A stretch of 64,000 nt of DNA from a virus, in IMG/VR virus record IMGVR_UViG_3300030098_001779, positions 18,412 to 82,411 of that record; one strand, 5' to 3'. The position numbers and the translations under genes are program-made. Positions 20,577-29,193 of the stretch are shown here, in pieces. The notes below the pieces were generated by a model. It was given only the letters and a program-made list of their open reading frames with translations. It had not been told where the DNA came from and searched no databases. Position 1 is the stretch's first letter, and each line of letters begins with the position of its first letter.

Positions 20577-20821
20577 ATGCCTTTTTGAAGGGGCATGATT
20601 CTGATCTACAAAGTGAGGAAAAAGTAATTTTAGGTTATTGGTCTCTCACTATCAGATTGCTTCAATTAGGCATACCTTGGGATTTTATCCAAGAGTTAAG
20701 TTTACCACAAGTTATAATGGTAACAACGCTTGCGGCTTCTATGCTCGAAGTTGAGAAAGAAAAAAACGTAAATGTTGATGCTGCTTATTCAGGAATGGCA
20801 GCCTATTATGGAGGAATGTAA
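20570..20821 (+). CDS. Tail assembly chaperone frameshift extension (gpT-like)
   Basis: No RBS for TTG 20585; LG..W..I..LS motif; reached by -1 shift from the 20232 ORF. Confidence 0.7.
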   Translation, partial: SVDAFLKGHDSDLQSEEKVILGYWSLTIRLLQLGIPWDFIQELSLPQVIMVTTLAASMLEVEKEKNVNVDAAYSGMAAYYGGM

Positions 20822-20824
20822 CCT

Positions 20825-22006
20825 ATGACCATGGAAAGGGGTGCCGGTAGACTCGGCAGAATTAGAAGAGCGGCTTCAGTTGCGGCTGCAAGTCCGGGTA
20901 GAACTGCGTTAAGAGCAGGAGCTATTGGTGGAAACATAGCTACATTCGGAGCTTCAGGATTTCTTGGTAAAACCTTAATGGGTATTAAGAAAGATATTTC
21001 TAGTCCTAATGGTGGTTTCTTTAAAACTCTTAGTAAAAATAAAGCGTTTTTAGGTATTAACTTTGGAGTAGGTTCACTACTAAAGCAATCACAGGTATTT
21101 ACTGGTATTATAGGATCAATATTACAGATAATTGGTGCAATGGTGGATGCATTTATAGCTCCATTTATAGTCCCATTGTTTGTACCTTTAGCTAAAAAAG
21201 CAGGATCATTCATTCCTAAAATTCAAAAATATTCTCAACAACTAGCAGAAAAATGGGTTCCTAGAATTCAAGAAGCCTTTCAAAATTTAACTGGTGGAAA
21301 AGGACCATTTTTAGAAAGATTAAAAGAATTTATATTTGGTTTCTTAGATGGAGTACCTGAATTCTTAAATGATGTATTCGCTGGAATGGGTTTTGACGAA
21401 TTTGGAGCATCAGTTGAAAGATATTCTCAGATGGTTGCAAATGTATTTAAAGCTCTATATAATATTATTTTTGATTTGATAATACCGGGCTTTGATAAAA
21501 TAGGTGTTTTAATTGGAAATGTAATAGGTGGATTTAATGATTTAGGAAATGCTTTTGAATATGTTATTGCTTTAACTAGAGAAGCATTTGGAAAATTTCA
21601 ATTAGGTATAGAAAATTTATTAGATATAGTAAAATTAGGTAGAATGAGTGATACTGAAGAAGCTATGTTACAATCAGATATAGAAAGATTCGGAGCTACT
21701 AGAGACGAAATAGGAACTGCAATGTCCTTATCTAGACAAATTAGAAACATGGAATTTACTGATGAAGCAAATGCAGCAATGAAGAATAGATATGGTATAG
21801 ATGCTAGAACTGTACATTCAGGTGAAACTAGAGGATTACTGCAAGAAGGATTTACTCAAAGTGAAATACAAAATATGATTCAGGCTTTATTCATGGATAC
21901 GATGAAAACTGGTGGTAATGTTAACTTTAAATTCGGACAAGAAGGTGGTATGTTTAATAACTTTGGATCATTAATGTCAGCAGGATTTAGTAGTAACGGA
22001 AAATAA
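20825..22006 (+). CDS. Tape measure protein (short)
   Basis: Follows the G/GT pair; Ala/Gly-rich helical sequence with hydrophobic segments and spaced Phe residues. Confidence 0.6.
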   Translation: MTMERGAGRLGRIRRAASVAAASPGRTALRAGAIGGNIATFGASGFLGKTLMGIKKDISSPNGGFFKTLSKNKAFLGINFGVGSLLKQSQVFTGIIGSILQIIGAMVDAFIAPFIVPLFVPLAKKAGSFIPKIQKYSQQLAEKWVPRIQEAFQNLTGGKGPFLERLKEFIFGFLDGVPEFLNDVFAGMGFDEFGASVERYSQMVANVFKALYNIIFDLIIPGFDKIGVLIGNVIGGFNDLGNAFEYVIALTREAFGKFQLGIENLLDIVKLGRMSDTEEAMLQSDIERFGATRDEIGTAMSLSRQIRNMEFTDEANAAMKNRYGIDARTVHSGETRGLLQEGFTQSEIQNMIQALFMDTMKTGGNVNFKFGQEGGMFNNFGSLMSAGFSSNGK

Positions 22007-22018
22007 ATAAGGAGAATT

Positions 22019-22564
22019 ATGGCAGAAGGAACACTATCAATACTATTAAGAAACGGAACACATGCCGCAGCTACGAAAAGATTAGCTTTGAAATGTGATA
22101 ATATTAGTATTCAATTAGGTAGAACACCTATTCAGGTTCCTATTCCCACAACCACGCCACAGTTAATTGACTTAGGTACTATTAGACCTACAATTTCTTG
22201 TGCTGGATTGGTTGATACTGTAGGTGGAGATACTACAAATACATCAGATACAGCTGAAGTAAGAGGAATGGCTAGTTTTAGTTACAATGATGGATCTAGC
22301 AGTCAGACTTATTTTATACCATATAAAAATTATTTAGAACAATTCATATGTGAAGAACTATATTCTTCAGATAAACTCGTACAAGTACAGATAGGTGATC
22401 CTAGTGTAGGTATTGGTAGTTCAGCTAATGGTTTTTCAACTGGTGGATCTATTTATGAATGTGCTGTACAAAGTTGTAACTTTACATTAGTGCCGGGATT
22501 TGAAGATAGATATCAATTTGCATTACAATTCGTAGCAAAAACTGCAAATCATGTGTTTGACTAG
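22019..22564 (+). CDS. Putative distal tail protein
   Basis: Position after tape measure; IDLG...PTI...G and RY.F.LQFV pattern. Confidence 0.45.
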   Translation: MAEGTLSILLRNGTHAAATKRLALKCDNISIQLGRTPIQVPIPTTTPQLIDLGTIRPTISCAGLVDTVGGDTTNTSDTAEVRGMASFSYNDGSSSQTYFIPYKNYLEQFICEELYSSDKLVQVQIGDPSVGIGSSANGFSTGGSIYECAVQSCNFTLVPGFEDRYQFALQFVAKTANHVFD

Positions 22565-22572
22565 GAGAAAAG

Positions 22573-25500
22573 ATGGCAAAATTAGCAGAGCTTTATTACT
22601 GGACAGGAGATAATCCTAACCACAATATTACAGATCAATGGAAGAGAGCAGAAACAGCACAATCTGGAAATGCTCTTAACTATGTTGAATTTACCCATGA
22701 ATTAGGTAATCCTGCAGAGGCATATATTACTTTACTCAATCCAGTCCCTAACCCTTTCTCAGGAACACTAGATAAGAAAACTGGTCCACTAAATATTTTA
22801 ACAGCTTCTGAAGATGATGGCACAGCAAGTGCTGTATTTGCAGATTTACAAAGAGTATATTTAAGAGATCCTGAAACAAAAATTATATTAATAGCAGGGC
22901 GAATATATGATATTGAAAACGATTTTAATAAAATGCAAGGACATACAGTAAATCTTAGAGTAAAAGATGAACTAGAAATGTTAAGAGGTGTATATACCAA
23001 AGATTTAAATGAATTTTCTATAACAGGTGGTAGTACAAAAAGATCAGATGTAATTAAAACATCTCTTATTGGTAATGCTGCATTTAATACACCTGCCGCA
23101 TTAGGACTATCTAATAAAGTAGATACATCAGATTCTAATAGATTCAATGATTCTTTAAGAACTTACCCTACTAATTATGTTGGAAGTATAGATTCAAAAA
23201 AATCCAACTCTAATTTACTAGGTATGATTGCAGAATTAGCTCAAGAAGATCCTAATGATAGTACAAGCACAACTATTGCAGATAATTTTGGATATGATTA
23301 CTATATTGACCATAACTTCCAATCTGTAGACAATAGTGGAGCAGATACAACAACCCCACCAACACCACATTTAAATTATTTTCCAAGAGGAACAAGACCA
23401 AATTCAAATGTATCAAGTTTTGGTTTAACAGTTGAGTTTCCTACAACAGGAACTTTTGCTGAAACAGGGCAGAAAGTGGCAATGTTAGATGACTTTGACT
23501 TTGAACGCCCTAAAAATGAAATATTTACAGATTGTACTTTAGATGGAATTAAAAATAAAGAGGGTGAATTTACTAAAAACTTTGAAGTTATTAATGTTTC
23601 AAGTATAAGTGGTACATTTACATGGTCAGAAAAAGAATTTTCAAACGAAATAGATAGAACAAAAGTTGCTGGTACTTCAGCTGCGGAGACTTTAAATTTA
23701 TTAAATGCAGATGGTTCTGGTACTCCTACACCAGTAGCAACAGTTCAATATCAAAGTAAAACAAGTGGAAGTGGATATTTATTAATATCTGATTTGCTTG
23801 CTGCTTTTCCTTCAGGCACTACACAGGTCATGTTAAAAGGAGCTTCAAGTAATACAACTTGTTTATTTACTCCTAGCACAGATAGACCTAGAGAACAATT
23901 AGGTGTAAAAAGAACTTTTAGAACTAAATATGGATTGGAAACTGATGTAGATAACATTAGAAAAAAGATAGCTGGTAAACTTTCTAGATCAGGAGCAAGT
24001 GGAACAGATATCCTAAGAGGAAGTTTTGCTTTTCCAAGGATGCCATATTTTTTTAAAGATGTAACACCAACTAGCAGTAGTAGCACTGTTTGTAATATGT
24101 CAATTAATCCAGAGTCTTTTGGGTTTGAAAAAGGTATGACAATAGGTACATTAGATTCATCAGGCAATATAGAAGATTTTAGCTATGCCTCAAACACTTC
24201 AAGTAGTTCTATTACTACTACAGGAATATCTGATACTTCTGGAAGTGCTGGATCTTTCTCTGGTTCTACCACAGCAAGATTTTTTGTGCCTGTAAGAGCA
24301 GGAGATATGATATTTGTATCAAATCCAACTGAAAGTGTAACCAGTAATATGTTAGTTACTAAACTTGAGTTCAGACAAGGAGCAGGTTTAGGACATAGTA
24401 CAAGAGTAGAGGTAGTAGGTAAAGATGCAGCTGTTGGTGGCAAGGTGCCTAAGATAACTGTATCTAATGTTGATAATGGTGCAGGTACAGAAGGAACTAG
24501 AGTAGCAAGAGGAACATTTAATTTTAGTTTTCCAGATGATGGTTCAAATAATTCAGTAAAATTTACACCTAATGCATCTAATAAACACGATCAAATTGAC
24601 GTAAGTGCAGGTATATTACTATTTGATAATGGTGAAAAATTTGCTATAAGTGCTCATACTTTAACTTTAGGTACACTTTTTGACCCTGATAATCCTGCTT
24701 CAACAACATTTAATATATATTTTGACCCTGACGCATCTGAAACACAATTTCAAATAGTATTACAGAATGGTTTTGATGCAGTTTCAGATCATAATACAAC
24801 CCTCATAGGTTGGGCAAGAGCTGATGAAGATCCTGCTGGTATAGTTGAATTTTTAATAGGTATAAATCCAGATGGTCAAAGTATTGGACTGTCTACAGAA
24901 ATACATAGCCCGAAAAACTCTGTATCTGTAGACTCAGGTGGATTAACAATAAGAGAGGGTGATGAGACAGATTCTTTCTTAAACTTTACTAAATTAGTTA
25001 GCACCACTGATACTAATGTTTTAAAAATGTTCGTAGCTGATGCTTCTACATTTAATGGTAACACAGCAACAGGAGGTTCAGGTACACCAACTGTAAACAT
25101 GCAAATGTTTCTCGCTAATAGTAATTCAACTATGACTATTGGTAGTCTCGGTAACTTTGTTCTAAGACCTCATGCAAATGATGCTGTATTAGGAACATCT
25201 AGCAGAGGTTGGAACACCATATATACTCAAAATTTATATTCTACTTCAGGTGATTTACAGCTAAAAAGTGGAGTAAGTTCTGCTAGTGGGGTTACTTTTG
25301 GAGATGGAAGCACTGGTGGTATTATAACTATAGGGACTGAAAATTCTTCTCAAAGCACAAGTGGTTTAAGTGAAGGTGGTAAAATCTATGCTAAAACTGA
25401 TAGTAAATTATATTTTAGAGCTCACGGCGATGGCACTGAGTATGATCTAACTGGCGGAGGAGGTGGTGGATCAACTGCATTAGATGATATTACAGCAGGT

Positions 25501-26550
25501 GATGCCGAATCTACACTAGCTACAACAGCAGGTAATATAATAATAGATGCACAGGGCACTGACACTGATGTGATTATTAAAGTGGATGATGCTGATACAT
25601 CAGTCGATGCAGTTACATTTGATGGTAGTAATGCAGGAACAGCTTCATTTAATAATAGAGTAAGAGCTGCTGATGGTAGTGCTAGTTCCCCTACATTTAG
25701 TTTTACTGGGGATACAGATACGGGTATGTATAAATACGCTGCAAATGCACCCGGTTTTTCTACTCAAGGAAGTTTAGTTGCATATTTTGATGATGATTAT
25801 TTCTATGTAAAAGATGGACTTGTTGCTATAGATGACACTAATACATTCATAAATTGGGGAGTAGACTCGACTTTTGGTTTAGCGGATTCAATATACTTTG
25901 TTACAGGTGGCACTACGAATACAGTACACTACAATGGTTATGTATTTGCAGCTGAGGGTTTTATACCTTCTCTCACTGACACAGATACTTATGTAGATAA
26001 TGGTGGGGCAAATGTTTTAAGAATAATAGCAGGTAATGCTACTGCAGCAGAATTCACAAATGATGGTTCAGACAATATGGAAGTGGGTATAGCTGGAATA
26101 CATAGCAATAGCTATAATTTAATAGTTAGAGGAAGTGCTGCTAAAACAGCTGGAGGCACTACATGGGTAGATGCATCTGATGATAGAATAAAAACTGACG
26201 TGTTATCGCTTACAGGTGCAACTGAAACATTAAAAAAATTAAATCCAATATCTTTTAAGTATACAGATGAGTGGAGAACTGCAACAAAGAATAAATCTCA
26301 CACTATGCATGGTTTCTTAGCAAGTGATTATGAGAATACTTTTCCAGATTTTACAGATGTCACTGATTTAAAATTAGTTAAAACAGCCGATGATACTTAC
26401 AAAACAAAAAGTAAAAGTGAAGAAGTGGGAGATGACGAAACTATAATGTATGAGGATGTTAAATTTATTGATACTACCTCATTAGTGCCGCATTTAGTTG
26501 CATCAATAAAAGAATTAGAAGATAGAATAACTAAACTAGAAGGAGAATAA
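22573..26550 (+). CDS. Tail tip / central fibre protein with C-terminal intramolecular chaperone (peptidase S74-like)
   Basis: N-terminal hub-like region; C-terminal SDDRIKT...LKKLNPISFKY...HGFLA...LVASIKEL. Confidence 0.75.
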   Translation: MAKLAELYYWTGDNPNHNITDQWKRAETAQSGNALNYVEFTHELGNPAEAYITLLNPVPNPFSGTLDKKTGPLNILTASEDDGTASAVFADLQRVYLRDPETKIILIAGRIYDIENDFNKMQGHTVNLRVKDELEMLRGVYTKDLNEFSITGGSTKRSDVIKTSLIGNAAFNTPAALGLSNKVDTSDSNRFNDSLRTYPTNYVGSIDSKKSNSNLLGMIAELAQEDPNDSTSTTIADNFGYDYYIDHNFQSVDNSGADTTTPPTPHLNYFPRGTRPNSNVSSFGLTVEFPTTGTFAETGQKVAMLDDFDFERPKNEIFTDCTLDGIKNKEGEFTKNFEVINVSSISGTFTWSEKEFSNEIDRTKVAGTSAAETLNLLNADGSGTPTPVATVQYQSKTSGSGYLLISDLLAAFPSGTTQVMLKGASSNTTCLFTPSTDRPREQLGVKRTFRTKYGLETDVDNIRKKIAGKLSRSGASGTDILRGSFAFPRMPYFFKDVTPTSSSSTVCNMSINPESFGFEKGMTIGTLDSSGNIEDFSYASNTSSSSITTTGISDTSGSAGSFSGSTTARFFVPVRAGDMIFVSNPTESVTSNMLVTKLEFRQGAGLGHSTRVEVVGKDAAVGGKVPKITVSNVDNGAGTEGTRVARGTFNFSFPDDGSNNSVKFTPNASNKHDQIDVSAGILLFDNGEKFAISAHTLTLGTLFDPDNPASTTFNIYFDPDASETQFQIVLQNGFDAVSDHNTTLIGWARADEDPAGIVEFLIGINPDGQSIGLSTEIHSPKNSVSVDSGGLTIREGDETDSFLNFTKLVSTTDTNVLKMFVADASTFNGNTATGGSGTPTVNMQMFLANSNSTMTIGSLGNFVLRPHANDAVLGTSSRGWNTIYTQNLYSTSGDLQLKSGVSSASGVTFGDGSTGGIITIGTENSSQSTSGLSEGGKIYAKTDSKLYFRAHGDGTEYDLTGGGGGGSTALDDITAGDAESTLATTAGNIIIDAQGTDTDVIIKVDDADTSVDAVTFDGSNAGTASFNNRVRAADGSASSPTFSFTGDTDTGMYKYAANAPGFSTQGSLVAYFDDDYFYVKDGLVAIDDTNTFINWGVDSTFGLADSIYFVTGGTTNTVHYNGYVFAAEGFIPSLTDTDTYVDNGGANVLRIIAGNATAAEFTNDGSDNMEVGIAGIHSNSYNLIVRGSAAKTAGGTTWVDASDDRIKTDVLSLTGATETLKKLNPISFKYTDEWRTATKNKSHTMHGFLASDYENTFPDFTDVTDLKLVKTADDTYKTKSKSEEVGDDETIMYEDVKFIDTTSLVPHLVASIKELEDRITKLEGE

Positions 26551-26551
26551 T

Positions 26552-26749
26552 ATGCCAGATATAACAGTAAGTTTTACAGATGCTCAATGGACTAGAATAG
26601 TAGCAGCAACATCTCACATAAAGGGACCATCAATAACAGATAATCCGGGAGATGTAACTGTAGATTATTTTTCTACGTTGTGGAAACAAATGGTTTCTAA
26701 TAAAGTAAAAGAATATGAAAAGCAGCAAGCATCAGTTGATGACTTCTAA
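26552..26749 (+). CDS. Small hypothetical protein
   Basis: AGGAG RBS. Confidence 0.55.
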   Translation: MPDITVSFTDAQWTRIVAATSHIKGPSITDNPGDVTVDYFSTLWKQMVSNKVKEYEKQQASVDDF

Positions 26750-27011
26750 ATTTAATAAAGAAAAAGCTCTAAAAAGTTTAGATGTATTATTTGATATATT
26801 TAAAGATATATCTACAAATGCTGACGAAGTTTTTAAAAAGAGATGTCCTTATAAAAATGCAAAGTCTAGATGTACTGCTAAATTTGAATGTAAAAATCAA
26901 TATAATATTAAGAAATTTGGAGAAAGCCCTGTTTGTACAGGATCAGATTTACTTGATTACAGACCAGCGTGGATACCAGATAAAAGATTAAATTCTAATA
27001 ATGAGACTTGA
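26715..27011 (+). CDS. Cys-containing hypothetical protein (start may be ATG 26739)
   Basis: RCPYKN...RCTA.F.C.NQ...CTGSD.LDYR.AW motif. Confidence 0.5.
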   Translation: MKSSKHQLMTSKFNKEKALKSLDVLFDIFKDISTNADEVFKKRCPYKNAKSRCTAKFECKNQYNIKKFGESPVCTGSDLLDYRPAWIPDKRLNSNNET

Positions 27012-27381
27012 TACTAAAGTAATTAAATATAGGAATCAAAACCCTTTTATGTCAACACGTCAGATTGCAAGAGAGGTTGGAGCTTCTGTAAGTTGGGTGC
27101 ATAACATATTAAAAACAGCTAACTTACCTACAAACCCACCTAAGAAGAAAAAGATTACTTATATCTGCCCAGAATGTAAACAACTTGTTAATGCTAGACG
27201 TAAATTCTGTAGTGAAAAATGTAAATACAACTATAGAAATCCTTTACTTACTTGTCATTATTGCCACGCAAAGTTCAGAAGATCTAGGTCAAGAGTAATA
27301 GCAGCCATAAAAAGAGGCTGTGATCACATATATTGTGACCAAAAATGTACAAATAGAGCAAAAAGAGACAAAATTACTTGA
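27001..27381 (+). CDS. HTH plus zinc-ribbon DNA-binding protein
   Basis: MSTRQIAREVGASVSWVHNIL HTH; CPEC, FCSEKC, CHYC and YCDQKC motifs. Confidence 0.65.
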   Translation: MRLDTKVIKYRNQNPFMSTRQIAREVGASVSWVHNILKTANLPTNPPKKKKITYICPECKQLVNARRKFCSEKCKYNYRNPLLTCHYCHAKFRRSRSRVIAAIKRGCDHIYCDQKCTNRAKRDKIT

Positions 27382-27407
27382 CACGCCTACCCCAAATATG
27401 ATATAAT
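27378..27407 (+). promoter_or_regulatory. Sigma70-type promoter TTGACA-N18-TATAAT (extended -10)
   Basis: Perfect consensus boxes with TGn before the -10. Confidence 0.8.
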
Positions 27408-27413
27408 TAATAA

Positions 27414-27595
27414 TGTATTAAGGAATAAAGTTATTATTCTGAAGTCGCCCTTGACTACAACTGAGAGTATCAGGGGCAAGAGAGAGAAACTCAGAACTCT
27501 CTCTAAGACATAGTGCGAATTAATAACATTTATTCCATTAATACAATGATACGGATGGGGAGATGCAGATAAATCATTGGATTACTGCACTCCCC
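27414..27595 (+). ncRNA. Structured non-coding RNA or leader: long bulged stem, three-way junction with kissing loops, plus a 3' hairpin
   Basis: Pairings read by eye: 27414-21/27538-45, 27422-29/27529-36, 27430-36/27521-27, 27447-54/27470-77, 27479-86/27497-504, 27557-62/27590-95, 27564-68/27585-89; loop CTGAG complementary to loop CTCAG. Confidence 0.75.
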
Positions 27596-27624
27596 TCTCT
27601 ATAAATTAATTATTAGGAGGAGAT

Positions 27625-28035
27625 ATGACAATAGCAACGAAAACAGCTGACCCTTTTGACATTTTTGCAGACTTTTTTAGTGATAAGTGGGTGGGTTCAA
27701 CAATCCACAAGTATCCATTGGATGTAATTGAATCAGATACAGGGTATGAAGTCAAAATTTCACTACCGGGTGTAGAAAAGGGTAACCTTTCTGTAACCTT
27801 AGATAAAGACACTTTAATAATAGAAGCAACAACTTCTGAAACTAAGAGTGATAAGAACAAATATTTATACAGAGGTATAAAGACAGGTTCTTATAAAAAA
27901 CATATTTCAGTAAAAGATTATGGTGTAGATTCTAAGAAGATTAGCTCTAGCTACAAAAATGGAATCTTAACTATAACTTTACCTAAACATAAAGAAGCTA
28001 AACCTCAAACAATACAAGTAGCCATGGAGAGTTAG
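27625..28035 (+). CDS. hsp20: Small heat shock protein (Hsp20/alpha-crystallin family)
   Basis: YPLDVIE...LPGV.K..L.V...YLYRGI...SSSYKNGILTITLPK. Confidence 0.92.
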   Translation: MTIATKTADPFDIFADFFSDKWVGSTIHKYPLDVIESDTGYEVKISLPGVEKGNLSVTLDKDTLIIEATTSETKSDKNKYLYRGIKTGSYKKHISVKDYGVDSKKISSSYKNGILTITLPKHKEAKPQTIQVAMES

Positions 28036-28038
28036 CAA

Positions 28039-28572
28039 ATGGAGATAAACGATGAATTGATTAGGCAATGGGAACCTAAGATTCATAAAATGCTCCAAAC
28101 ATCGTATGTAGTAGGGTATGATCGAGAAGATTTAGCACAAGAACTTAGAATCGCTATTATGAAAGCGGCTAAGGCATATAAAGCAGACAGAGGTAGCATC
28201 TTTCATACCTACTTACATACCACGATGGTAAACACGATCAGAACTTTAATCAGTAAGGCACAGAAAAAGCCTATGACTGTAAGCTATGATGAAACATTTT
28301 TAGACTATGAATCTGATTTTTTACCTGATTTTATAGCAAAAGCTATTGGATATGAGGAAGAATGGGAATTACTAGAACTAAAAGATGAATTATCAAAGTT
28401 TAATTTATCTGAACGTGAGAAAAGATTTGTTGAGTTAAGATTAGAAGGTTGGACTATGGATGAGATATCTGATGATATTGAGAAATCTGCATACAGAGTG
28501 CGTCAAAATCTTAGAACAAAGGTAGAGAAGATATTTTATGGTCAAGAGAACAAAGAAGAAGAGTCAATATAA
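28039..28572 (+). CDS. Phage RNA polymerase sigma factor (sigma70 family, regions 2 and 4)
   Basis: DREDLAQELRIAIMKA...Y...RGS.FHTY (region 2); LSEREKRFVELRLEGWTMDEIS (region 4). Confidence 0.8.
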   Translation: MEINDELIRQWEPKIHKMLQTSYVVGYDREDLAQELRIAIMKAAKAYKADRGSIFHTYLHTTMVNTIRTLISKAQKKPMTVSYDETFLDYESDFLPDFIAKAIGYEEEWELLELKDELSKFNLSEREKRFVELRLEGWTMDEISDDIEKSAYRVRQNLRTKVEKIFYGQENKEEESI

Positions 28573-28969
28573 TTCAAACGATTTATTTAAAGAATTTGAA
28601 GCGTTATATTCTAAGCAACATAAAAAAGAATATAAGGCTAGAAACTTTATTGGTAATGAAATGAAGTCTTTAAAAAATCTTTTGGAGAAATATTCTGTAT
28701 ATGAGATACTATCAGCAATGTATAATTGCATAATTAGAAATCCTGATAGTATTTCTGTTAACTATTTTGCAAATGGTATTAAGTATTATCTAACAGACTA
28801 CGATCCGCAATTGTATTGGTCTGTTGTATCCTCTCCAGATCCTAGTATGAAAAAGAAGTGGAGAGCTTTTACTATTTTAAATTCTAAATGGTTACCTACT
28901 GCGACAGATAAGAAAAGATTAAAAGCACTAGAAGAGCAATTACAAGGAGCTATAAATGAAGAGAAGTAG
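28538..28969 (+). CDS. Hypothetical protein (replication region)
   Basis: ORF only. Confidence 0.55.
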   Translation: MVKRTKKKSQYNSNDLFKEFEALYSKQHKKEYKARNFIGNEMKSLKNLLEKYSVYEILSAMYNCIIRNPDSISVNYFANGIKYYLTDYDPQLYWSVVSSPDPSMKKKWRAFTILNSKWLPTATDKKRLKALEEQLQGAINEEK

Positions 28970-29192
28970 AAAAGGGGGGTTGACACGGACCCACACAAAA
29001 GTGTATAATAATAATATAAATAATATATATAGAGTTATAAGTATACATAACAAAACTAAACATATAACTATTATTGGAACATATGATTGTATTAATGCAG
29101 CTAAATTAATGGCAGATGATCTAGCTAATAAAGATGTTAAGTGTTATGTACATGGAGATGATAGTAGAGTTTTACACATAGCAGGAGAGTAG
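28956..29192 (+). CDS. Hypothetical protein
   Basis: AGGAG RBS; contains an internal promoter. Confidence 0.5.
   Translation: MKRSRKGGLTRTHTKVYNNNINNIYRVISIHNKTKHITIIGTYDCINAAKLMADDLANKDVKCYVHGDDSRVLHIAGE
28980..29009 (+). promoter_or_regulatory. Sigma70-type promoter TTGACA-N18-TATAAT upstream of the helicase
   Basis: Perfect boxes inside the 28956 ORF. Confidence 0.65.
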
Positions 29193-29193
29193 A

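Noticed and set aside
27001-27381. HNH homing endonuclease
   Set aside because: Zinc ribbons are present but no HNH catalytic motif
27414-27595. tRNA, tmRNA, 6S RNA or purine riboswitch identity for the structured RNA
   Set aside because: No T-loop or CCA end, no tag ORF, no large central bubble and no recognisable purine-riboswitch junction sequence; left unassigned
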